Positions 1-9,831 of a DNA stretch of 64,000 nucleotides are shown here, one piece after another. The notes under the pieces were generated by a model. That model saw only the letters and a program-made list of their open reading frames with translations, was not told the DNA's origin and made no database searches. The DNA lies in assembly GCA_004764695.1 (NCBI GenBank), contig SMSO01000005.1, positions 992,001-1,056,000 on the forward strand, given 5' to 3'. The DNA is from Schizochytrium sp. TIO01. Taxonomy: Eukaryota; Protista; Bigyra: Labyrinthulomycetes. Position 1 is the stretch's first letter; each line of letters starts with the position of its first letter. The translations under genes and the position numbers were made by a program.

Positions 1-591
1 GAGCACAGTGACATGTTTTACCATCGAAATAGATGAGAGATTTACATGAGCAGTATGCTTCACTGCGCATTCCCCCAAAAAATGCGACCTTCAAAATGTG
101 CACTGGCCTAGGCGCATATCTTGTAGGATTTGCGGGTCCCTGGTGAGATCTGGTAATGGGATTTTGCCACAATCGTTGATGCTGTCTTCTGAAGCTGTGC
201 TGCTCGTACTATTGTACCTCTTGTTCAATACGCGATGGGTAATGCTGCTTAAGGTAAACTGCTTGGCAATGCCCGAAGAACTGTGCTTACGGACTCGCGA
301 GGCAACAAGCTTAACGTCAGGCACTTCTCGTCCTTCGCCCTCTTTGTTTGTTACAAATTGAGCTGTCAGCTTTTTGGTGTTTTTTAAGGTGGAGTAAATC
401 TGATGGAGCATGAAATATAGGGAATAGCGACGTCATCTTGGGCCTTATTCCTTTTATTCTTTAAATAAATGTATTACATCATAAATTCAGAATGATTTTA
501 TCTATAATTTGTGCAACAGACATACGTTAATTATTTTTTGTTTATATGAGACCTCCATCGTTATAACCATCGCAACTAATTAGCGCCCACC

Positions 592-753
592 ATGGAAGAG
601 GTTATTCTTAAAGAAAGGAAGACTAATACGAGTTTCATTCTCCCGACTGATCTGCTGGAAAGACCTCACTCCTTCTTCACTGCTGCTCTATCAGAGGAAT
701 TAAAGGACGGGAAAGAGGGGTTCGAGTCGAAATATGAATCGTCGCTACCATAA
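592..753 (+). pseudogene. Short BTB/POZ-like remnant
   Basis: Manual translation MEEVILKERKTNTSFILPTDLLERPHSFFTAALSEELKDGKEG... resembles the BTB start (F..hxxLL...S.FFxAAL...xE) but stops after 53 aa. Confidence 0.3.
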
Positions 754-1262
754 TCCTATTCCACTGCTCTTATTTCAGTCGAAGATAGCAAAAGACTTCT
801 GGATCTGGAACCTGAGCGTATATAATGAGTATTCGCCTCATCTCACGAGTCAAATTTTCCCGTTTGGTTTTTAAAGTTCATCAAATTCCAAATTTAAAGA
901 TATAGCATAGCATACACAGATTAATTTTTATTCTTCTTCGTCAGTTGTATTGAAAGGAAAGGCCATATGAAAAGAGGTGAAACAAAAACTATCTATGGTT
1001 GAATTTTCTGAAAAAATAATTCCATCAAACGTTATTCGCTGCCTGCAGGTTTTGCCATAGATACTTCGAATTACATAAGCTTAACAAAGCAAAGGACAAC
1101 CTCGCAGCAAAAATAAAAGCTCAGAGACTTTGTTCTGCACTTGTATTAGCAAACAGCGAATCGCCGAAGACTCAATTTTATGCTTGTAAAGAACCAGCAG
1201 CTCAATTTTGAATTTATGTTAGTAGCATATAGTAGGAAATAACGAAATAGCTAAGCAGGAAT

Positions 1263-1318
1263 TTTGTTTGTTTGTTTGTTTGTTTGTTTGTTTGTTTGTT
1301 TGTTTGTTTGTTTGTTTG
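1263..1318. repeat. (TTTG)n microsatellite
   Basis: Direct reading of about 14 units. Confidence 0.97.
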
Positions 1319-1536
1319 GGCTTTATCTAAAAGTGTTACTTATATATATATATTTTTTATAAAAAAGGAAACTAAAATTACGTGGTGTTGTAATTTATTG
1401 CTGAATAATAGCTTTGTAAACGTTTTATTTTTTGAAGACTCAGCAATGAAGCGCTTAGGAGACACACCTAAGATGCGCACAACAGACGTTAAGAAAGTAC
1501 AGGCCAGTCATGCATTATGCTATTTCAGATTTACAA

Positions 1537-2529
1537 TTATACAATAAAAGGAATGAATGCCTTTCGATGGGCAGGGTAATCCTCGAACTTTGCTTTGTAC
1601 CATGAGTGGGAACGCACAGCTGTGAGGCCAAGGTTTAAACCAGTGAACATTACTGCAAGCCATAGCGACACGTTGTGGACATCCATTAGAGCTAAGCCTA
1701 AATAAATCAGGACTTCAGTGAAGTAATGAGGACATGATACATATTCAAAAAGACGCCCTTTCGGCATAAAGTATTGCCTTTTCTGGTGAACCATTGAGGT
1801 CACATCTGAGTTCCGAAGTCCAGCAAGAATTCGATGACACCGGTGTTGTTCATAGGAAGCAACGATAAAAACGATAATGCCCAGTAAGCCTATAACATCG
1901 ATGTTCTCTCCGAGTTCTATGTACATTGGGTTGTTGAATTTATAGAGTGAAGAGTCGAACACTGTGCTCCATCCATAGGCGAGGTAGAACGTAAGACCAA
2001 TAAAATACCCAAAGACATGCATACGAGCTTCTGAGCTGGAAACAAACATGTTGTTCTCTTCATACAAACGTCGTCTTGCTTGCAGAACTAAGAGAAGCAA
2101 TATTGTAGAAGGACGCTGCCAGCCAGTTTCTCGCAAGATCGAGCCTTGTCCTGACTTACACAATACTATACCAAAACAGGATGCTAAAATTCCTTTGTCA
2201 GACACGACTGACTCCATCCACTGAAGAATCACTCCATCCCAGCCCGCGTAAGTTGCAATCATGAGCAACAAAGCCCATCGCCAACACACCTCGTAGAAGT
2301 GAGCAAACCACCGCTTTGGAACTGTCCAATTTCGAATAATATTCCCAATCGATTTGACATCATCTAATTTGGTCTCTTGAGAATTTACAAGACCTCGTAG
2401 CTTCCCATAGCGACTCCAATCTGCAGCTTCCTTCCAAATCACAGCGGCGGCTGTGGATGTTAAGGCAATGGCCCAGTACGCGCGAGCAAGCCTAGCTGCG
2501 AGTTGAGCACACTCAATGAGGATCAGCAT
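1537..2529 (-). CDS. Polyprenol reductase / steroid 5-alpha-reductase family (SRD5A3/DFG10-like)
   Basis: Multi-TM protein with VPKRWFAHFY, RRLYE, QHRCHRILA.LR, P.GRLFEYVSCPHYFTEVLIY and HSWYKAKFEDYP..RKAFIPF. Confidence 0.9.
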   Translation of the reverse strand: MLILIECAQLAARLARAYWAIALTSTAAAVIWKEAADWSRYGKLRGLVNSQETKLDDVKSIGNIIRNWTVPKRWFAHFYEVCWRWALLLMIATYAGWDGVILQWMESVVSDKGILASCFGIVLCKSGQGSILRETGWQRPSTILLLLVLQARRRLYEENNMFVSSSEARMHVFGYFIGLTFYLAYGWSTVFDSSLYKFNNPMYIELGENIDVIGLLGIIVFIVASYEQHRCHRILAGLRNSDVTSMVHQKRQYFMPKGRLFEYVSCPHYFTEVLIYLGLALMDVHNVSLWLAVMFTGLNLGLTAVRSHSWYKAKFEDYPAHRKAFIPFIV

Positions 2530-3208
2530 TTTGTTGATCCAGCTTTACAAAACGAACTTCTAGATTTTTGCTCTAAAATTAACAGGTAAGAAGTTCTGGG
2601 AACCTCGAGTTATTTTGTACGTACTATCTGCTAAACCTCTTTGACCAAAACGAAAGATGTTGGTACTGCACAAAGCAACTAAGCCAATTGACTACTTTCC
2701 ACTGAGCAAGGGCCAACCTGGTTATATCTCCTTTCAATGTTCTAAATCAATCAGAGGGAGGGTTCTTTTCTGTTGCGTTCTCTATGAGATGAGTTTTGAC
2801 AAACCAGGATGAATAGGGAAAGCAATATGTGTGAAACTTATCACCTGAAGACAGCAATCTCCAAGAATCTACACAAGTGGACCAAACCACCACAACCACC
2901 AGCCGACCAAGCACCCTCCCAAGCACACGGCAATCCTCTCAAGGCATTCAAGCGTTGCTGCGGTATGAAAAATAGCTAGGGTAAAGCGCAGCCAAGAGAG
3001 GAACCGCAAACTCTGCTGGTTGGGTGCAACGACCTTTCATGTTTGTTGCCACTTTTGGACTCGTCTGTATTATCAGGTAGTACTTTAAAAAGAAATGAAA
3101 TTGTTTTGGTTTTCAGGAAGTGTCTCCTTGTATTAATATACTTAGCATGAAGTAGCAGTGTTTTTGATAAATGTTTATCCCTCATTACCAACTATTCCGA
3201 GTCTAATT

Positions 3209-3547
<339 letters not shown>

Positions 3548-4805
3548 CAATTGGTTTGCTTTTGTAGTTTAAGGACATTCATGAGTGAGATTCGCACCTG
3601 CTAATTGAAGTTTCACTCCACTAATTAGCAGTGGAAAATTTTACATAAGCTTGGAAAAGACAAGATGGCCCAGGTAAAGATCTAATTTGAGCTACAGGTG
3701 CGAAAACGACGCCTTTACTTTCTTCAAAGGTAATCATATTCTCTATTCGAATGACTGGCTTGCAAAACTTGTTCGCGATAAGATACGGATTAAAGCCTAT
3801 GTCATGGACATACATGAAGAAGCCTATGTATATTCTTCGTCATTGTCAGACTTGTCAGTAGTTTCTTGGTTAGCATTTGACTACGATCGTCAGAATCAGA
3901 ATCTTCATCTCACGTCTTCATTCACTACAATATCAACCTAGCTGTAGCCCAGAAGTTCTGAATCGATTTGAATTTAGTGACCCGGGGTATGAATGTTATC
4001 GTCTACTAAATTTGTGTACAATGTGGTCATAGCTATGGCATGTCATCTTCCTAGAGTATTCAAAAGCTCCCGAACAATTGGAGAAAGTTCAGAAATAGTA
4101 TTATTCTATTTCAATCGTTTTTAATAATTGCCGGGGCTTTCAAAAGGATCAAAAATTAACCTTTATAAATCAAGAGTTACAATATATAGACTGGGCTTTC
4201 ATAATTTGTAAATTAGCGCAGCGATTTTTCAAATCCGAAAATTACTGTTGAAAGACAATAGTAGCAGGGCTACATGTAGAATTGCAGAATGCCATGAAGA
4301 CCCCGAGGTTTATAGCAGAAGCGTTTGATGCAATTCGGTCACCGCCTGCATTTCTTGTATAAAAAAATATATCACATGGGCATGAAACCCGTAAAAAAAA
4401 ATGGTAAATCAATCAAAGGTATGTACATAAATTATTCCAGCATTAAAATAATTTCACAATTTAGCCGAGCAACCCGCCAAGTCTCCAGTAGTAGTACCTA
4501 ATGTAAACTCGATTAAAGTATTTTTTCATACAGAATATAAATTAATGTATGCCTATATGACCTATACAAAGCTGATCAAATAGAAAGGAATGCTACGGTA
4601 GAAATAGGAAGAACAACGATTATAGTATTTAATCAGAGTCTAATCAATAAATCCATACTGCGGAGGCTCCGCCTACGCTTCGGCGTTGGCCAGTGCTTTC
4701 GTTGTGCCCACCACCTCCCTGGGCTCATTGTCGCTTGCACTTTCTCAAAAGCTTTTGAGCGCTGCCATATTGTCTGTGCTTAGTGTCTGCCTTGTACATC
4801 GCACC

Positions 4806-7433
4806 ATGAGCAGCGGTCGCAGCGCCCAGCGGGAGTCTGCGCGCTCCGAGGTAGATTGGGATCCTCTCTCCGGCCTCGGTAGCGAGCCAGGCCTTGACGA
4901 GGGAGAGGAATTTAATCCCTTTAATAGCCCGCCACCCTCAGCCTCCGAGGTTCCTATGCTTCTCGAGAATGACAATATTGTAGATCCTGACAATAATAAC
5001 GCCAATTTGCAGAAATCCTTGCTTTCAAACGGGAGCTCCACGAATCCGACTTTGGGAGCCCCGTCGTATTCTGTGACGGCTCCAATTGGCAGCATACCTG
5101 TGACATCTCTAGCTGCTATGAACCATGCTCAACAGCAGCTTCCACAGCATATCTCACAGCAGCAAAGATTCGCCTCGCGTGAGGCAAGAACTTCAGGAGT
5201 TTCTGGAGATATGCACTTCATGAAGCCGGTACAACGAAGGGTTGCGGAGCCACAGCGTCAAAATCGTAAGGCTACTGAAGGCCGAGGGCGTGGAGCTCAG
5301 GGTCATGATCCGTTGCAAGCTCAGACGATACCGCCGACGGTAAGCAATATTGTTGAACATGGAAGTCAGGGAAATATGATGACGGCGCCAACAATTGCAA
5401 ACGTTGGAGAACTGGGGGCTGCCACAAATGAAAATCTTTCAGTAGAGGAGGAGGCCGAGCTATCACATAAACCAGTTGGGGCAGAAAAGACTTTGGTTAA
5501 TATCGACCGGGTTGCTTTCGTCTCTATGAACCAGGACATTGTGCACGGAAAACTTCACGTTACAAACTATCGCGTGTACTTTAACCCATCTTCACAAAGC
5601 AAAAATGAAAGCCATAATTGGCTCTTTCAGGACGATAGCATGTTCGATGTTCCCCTTGGTTGTATCGATAAGATATCACGAGGTGCAAGTGCACAAAGCG
5701 TTAGTAGTAGAGGAAAGGACGGCCTCATGCTGAACTTGGTTTGTAAAGATTTCCGCAAGCTACAATTTAGATTCGCATCGCATGCTGATGCAAGTAAAGT
5801 ACATGACCTCGTGCGTATGTCTGCTTTTCCTGTTAGCGAAGGACAAGGTCTGCGTTGGTTGTTCGCATTAGAACACGGCCGGTTCGTGCTTGGCAAAGGT
5901 AGCGAGCAGCGCGGATGGCGGTTGTATGATCCTAGAAGGGAATTCATTAGGCAAGGACTCTTCGGGGCGAGTGGAAACGACGAAAATATATGGCGTCTCA
6001 GTGAGGTTAATCAAAGGTACCAACTTTGTGCAAGCTACCCTTCACTGCTTGGAATTCCTTCTTCAATCAGCGACGAAGATTTGCGCGTTGTCGCTCAATT
6101 TCGCAGCAAAGGTAGAATTCCTGCATTATCATGGTATAATGCGGATAACAAAGGCTCTATTTGGAGAAGCAGTCAACCTAAGGTGGGCCTTGGCAATAAC
6201 ACATGTCGAGCAGATGAACAGCTCTGGTCCAGTATCCTTCAACGTGCTAATAGCGTTGCTGCCCGCATTGTAGACTGTAGACCTTACAAGAATGCTCTTG
6301 GCAATAAAGCTAAAGGTATGGGTTATGAGGACGAGCTACGTTACCCGCATACCTCAGTATCATTTCAGAACATTCAGAACATTCACACGATTCGTGGATC
6401 TATGGATAAGCTAATGCATCTTGTGACCAGCACTTCTGCGTCAAGCTCTAGTAGCTCGAGCGTCTCGAGCCCCGGACACAACTGGTTAGCTAATGTAGAG
6501 AACACCGGTTGGCTTAATCACTTACGTGCTGTACTGAATGCTAGTATAACTGTTGCTCGCTATGTAGCTTGCAACGGATTCCCTGTTCTTGTTCATTGTT
6601 CAGATGGCTGGGACAGGACCTCGCAAGTTTGTGCTCTCGCTCAACTCTTGTTAGATCCATATTACCGAACACTAGAGGGCTTCCCGGTTCTGGTGGAAAA
6701 GGAGTGGCTTTCCTTTGGATACCGCTTTATGTCACGCACAGGGCATGGAATGGAGGGTGGGTCCGAGGAGCGCTCGCCGTGTTTCCTACAATTTATTGAC
6801 TGCGTATGGCAACTCCTGAACCAATATGCACCATGCTTTGAGTTTAACGAGGCATATCTTATATGCATTTTGAAACATTTATACTCTTGTAAGTATGGTA
6901 CGTTTTTATGCGATAATGAGTCTGAAAGGATGCGTGAGGCCATTCCTCTGAAGACGGTATCTCTTTGGGATCACCTGGCCGAACGGAAAAACGATTTTGT
7001 GAACATTTTGTATTCACCAATGCCAAATGAGCTAGAGGAAAAGATACCATTGCTTCCTCACCCAGCTGTGGTGGCCAGAAAAGTTGTGCTCTGGGATGAT
7101 TATTATCTCCGTTACGCAAGTTTGCCCTCGCTTCATGATCATGCTTTCCAGTATCTGGCGAGGGCAAAGTTCAGGCGCGAGATCCAAAGTACAGCGCAAA
7201 AACTCGAAGCATCGCTCCGGGAAGCGTACAAGGAAAAGGAAAGATTGCAAAAACAGATTGTAGCCTTACGTACGTCAATTACGGAGTTTTCAGTGGGCGA
7301 CAAAGACGAGATTAAAAAGTCGACGAGCGAGGTTGGTGACCCCCCCAAGTCCTCTGCGGAAGATACTGCCTCTGACGATGGTTCTGCTGTCTCTGTTGAT
7401 GTCGATGACATCCCGAGCGGCGATGAGCTCTGA
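4806..7433 (+). CDS. Myotubularin-family phosphoinositide 3-phosphatase (PH-GRAM, catalytic domain, C-terminal coiled coil)
   Basis: Catalytic VHCSDGWDRT, FRSKGRIPAL, LVEKEWLSFG and GRAM-like GKLHVTNYRVYF. First ATG is at 4806; the track start at 4686 is TTG. Confidence 0.95.
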   Translation: MSSGRSAQRESARSEVDWDPLSGLGSEPGLDEGEEFNPFNSPPPSASEVPMLLENDNIVDPDNNNANLQKSLLSNGSSTNPTLGAPSYSVTAPIGSIPVTSLAAMNHAQQQLPQHISQQQRFASREARTSGVSGDMHFMKPVQRRVAEPQRQNRKATEGRGRGAQGHDPLQAQTIPPTVSNIVEHGSQGNMMTAPTIANVGELGAATNENLSVEEEAELSHKPVGAEKTLVNIDRVAFVSMNQDIVHGKLHVTNYRVYFNPSSQSKNESHNWLFQDDSMFDVPLGCIDKISRGASAQSVSSRGKDGLMLNLVCKDFRKLQFRFASHADASKVHDLVRMSAFPVSEGQGLRWLFALEHGRFVLGKGSEQRGWRLYDPRREFIRQGLFGASGNDENIWRLSEVNQRYQLCASYPSLLGIPSSISDEDLRVVAQFRSKGRIPALSWYNADNKGSIWRSSQPKVGLGNNTCRADEQLWSSILQRANSVAARIVDCRPYKNALGNKAKGMGYEDELRYPHTSVSFQNIQNIHTIRGSMDKLMHLVTSTSASSSSSSSVSSPGHNWLANVENTGWLNHLRAVLNASITVARYVACNGFPVLVHCSDGWDRTSQVCALAQLLLDPYYRTLEGFPVLVEKEWLSFGYRFMSRTGHGMEGGSEERSPCFLQFIDCVWQLLNQYAPCFEFNEAYLICILKHLYSCKYGTFLCDNESERMREAIPLKTVSLWDHLAERKNDFVNILYSPMPNELEEKIPLLPHPAVVARKVVLWDDYYLRYASLPSLHDHAFQYLARAKFRREIQSTAQKLEASLREAYKEKERLQKQIVALRTSITEFSVGDKDEIKKSTSEVGDPPKSSAEDTASDDGSAVSVDVDDIPSGDEL

Positions 7434-9278
7434 AGTTGGCTTCGTTATTAATGTGTCACGACTAGACTCATCAGAGAGAGGTTCAACGCTGAAATGGTTG
7501 TCAAGGGCCTTATTGAACTGTTCTTGAAACCCACTAATACGAACTGTAAGACGAAAGCCTGGCGGGAGAGAGAGGGCCTCTTGGTCGATGCGCAAATGAG
7601 TCTGTTTGTAAAGTGCCAAATCGTGTTCTAAATGGGTTGGTTGATGGTGAATATTACGAGAAATGAACACATCGAGTGAACATGGATCCGAGTCGATGCG
7701 CACGGTCTTTGCATAAATTTGGAATCCAAACCATTGAATCCCGCTCGTTTTAATTGAGCCTGGCTTATATGTGTTGGTTTCGTCATTATCATGGACGCGC
7801 GTTATTTGAAGGGAGCAATCCTCAAGGCCAAATCCTTCATCACATTGACAACGACCAAATGTTTCTGAATTGCAAGTTCCATGTCCAGAGCATTCATGCA
7901 TTGATCCACAGAGATCAGAGGCAACTGAACAACCTTTCCCAGTGCTTTCGTGACATTGAAGACCCCCATGCTTAATATAATCCTCTAACATAGCAAATGA
8001 AGTTTCAAAGTTGTTGTTTGGCACATAGTGTCCGGCCTTTGGTACAACCATAAAGGAAAATGTTTCGCTGGAGCGAAAGTAGCCTCCTACCCTTCCATCA
8101 GGAAACCTGTATATTTTTCGATCTTGAACCCAGAATTGGTCCCGTCCAGGGAATTTCAGGTCACGAAGCCAATTATCCTGACCATACGGCCCATCCTTAG
8201 TATCAAACTCGCCAGCATATACAAGCAGCTTCGCATTTCGACTGAGAAGATCTTCATAAACTTTGCTGTAACTGAGAACATTGTCAAGGCTTAAGGCATG
8301 GTCCACACGGGCAGAGCTGATTTCAAACACTGGTGTCTTAGTACTTTGATCAATGTGAATAGATTTATGCACTTCCGGATTGAGAAGGTACTTGAGGACC
8401 ACGTCTTCAAGCGGTTTGAAGTCATAGTCAAATTGACGGGCATCATACACATGCACATTTGCACTGACAAGCTCGATGTATGCTGTTATGTTTTTACATG
8501 CATCCTCACTCATAACTTGATGATTTCCAATGGCTTCTTCACATCGACGTTCCAGAGAAGCAATTTGGGACAAATGTGCAGAATCTAAGAGGCCTAATGC
8601 ATTTGGCAGCACATGCATACGATTACGCTGGCGCAGAGGAGCAACGAGTGGATTGCCAATGAGTGTAGCTTTCACAGAGATGCCCGCCTTATGAAGGGCT
8701 TGAGTAAAGACAGGAAGGTATTTACCTCCGTACGATTCACCAGTTAGGTACAGAGGGAGACCACGACTCCACTCATGCAACTTATAAAATGCATGCATGA
8801 ATGTAACAAATTCGGAAGCCACCTCTTCCATATTATCCAAAAGCGGTTCGCCAAATGAGAAACCAGTTCCAACAGGTTGATCGAGATAGACGACGTTCGC
8901 AAGGCGGCTCCATGTCTGGTTAGTGCGCTCCACGCCTGTTCCATTCGCTTTCACACGCAGAGGTCCATGAAAGAGGAAGTTCGCTAGTTGAGATGATGCT
9001 CCAGGGCCTCCGTTGAGCCAGAACACTAAAGGCACTTCCTCATCATCATCCTCTCCTTCGTAGCGAGCAAGCCAATAGAAGAGGTTGTGATCTGCTGCAG
9101 TCTCAATCGTACCGGCAAACATACACGGAAAACCATTATCTTGGTCTTCAGCAAAGCCTGGAAGGTCTTGTACATGGTGAGGATGATTAATTGGGGTGCA
9201 TTGCTGAGCAGAACCGAGACCTTCTCGCCAGAAAGATGCAACGAGCAGGAAAAAGGAAATTATCCCTGAGCTAAGCAT
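7290..9278 (-). CDS. Secreted serine carboxypeptidase (S10) with C-terminal EGF-like domain
   Basis: Signal peptide; WLNGGPGASS, LDQPVGTGFS, GESYGG (Ser), AGHYVP (His); CSGHGTC...CQCDEGFGLEDC EGF motif. Confidence 0.92.
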   Translation of the reverse strand: MLSSGIISFFLLVASFWREGLGSAQQCTPINHPHHVQDLPGFAEDQDNGFPCMFAGTIETAADHNLFYWLARYEGEDDDEEVPLVFWLNGGPGASSQLANFLFHGPLRVKANGTGVERTNQTWSRLANVVYLDQPVGTGFSFGEPLLDNMEEVASEFVTFMHAFYKLHEWSRGLPLYLTGESYGGKYLPVFTQALHKAGISVKATLIGNPLVAPLRQRNRMHVLPNALGLLDSAHLSQIASLERRCEEAIGNHQVMSEDACKNITAYIELVSANVHVYDARQFDYDFKPLEDVVLKYLLNPEVHKSIHIDQSTKTPVFEISSARVDHALSLDNVLSYSKVYEDLLSRNAKLLVYAGEFDTKDGPYGQDNWLRDLKFPGRDQFWVQDRKIYRFPDGRVGGYFRSSETFSFMVVPKAGHYVPNNNFETSFAMLEDYIKHGGLQCHESTGKGCSVASDLCGSMHECSGHGTCNSETFGRCQCDEGFGLEDCSLQITRVHDNDETNTYKPGSIKTSGIQWFGFQIYAKTVRIDSDPCSLDVFISRNIHHQPTHLEHDLALYKQTHLRIDQEALSLPPGFRLTVRISGFQEQFNKALDNHFSVEPLSDESSRDTLITKPTSELIAARDVIDINRDSRTIVRGSIFRRGLGGVTNLARRLFNLVFVAH

Positions 9279-9691
9279 TTTTCCAATAGGATCCTCTTGG
9301 TTTGTAAGAGCTATAGCTCAGTCTTCAACAAAACTCAGTTCCTGAACGGGACAGTAGTTCTATACAATACGTCTCCCCAAACTCTTTCACCCGTGGTGCG
9401 TGAAAGTAGATACCTAGAAGAACTGGCACTCAAGAGCAGGTAACGATTGTCCTCAATAGTTTCCCTATCTCTGTCTCTGAGCTTGCTAGTCAAAGATAGT
9501 GAAATTGTTGAATAGATCACTACTAAGCTGGCAAGAAACCAATCAAAGTCGCGCTCCTGCTGGAGTGCTCACGAATTGTAATCAGAACTCAAACGAGGAT
9601 CGTAGCCGCCGCGATCTTTTAACTGCTTGAACTCAACAGACTTGTATTAGGATTGTATAGTGAACTCACTATGTGGCAGTACCTGCTAATA

Positions 9692-9831
9692 GGTTATTTG
9701 GGAGATTTGTACTCTTAGATTTTAAACTACAAAATTTGCAAAACTTGCATTTCATAGAAGGAGCTAAGACTCCATCACGAGCTAGTTAGACTAACCCGCG
9801 ACTCAATGAAATGATTTTTTTTTAAAATCAT
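9692..9831 (-). ncRNA. Predicted omegaRNA (scaffold ~9712-9831 plus ~20-nt guide 9711-9692)
   Basis: On the - strand, stem CAUUUCAU/AUGAAAUG encloses an 11-bp G-U-containing hairpin and the hairpin GGAG-UCUUAG-CUCC, whose loop is complementary to CUAAGA at 9718-9713. The position over the 3' end of the nuclease is typical of TnpB/Fanzor. Confidence 0.65.

Noticed and set aside
1-411. - strand ORF and an FFGGMRSEAY fragment resembling a protein-primed PolB motif
   Set aside because: Single weak motif in a different frame, truncated by the window edge.
9585-9672. Three GAACTCA repeats and an ATAGTGA/TCACTAT palindrome as transposon right end
   Set aside because: They lie beyond the pseudoknot-defined end and may be host promoter sequence of the carboxypeptidase; kept only as an alternative boundary.
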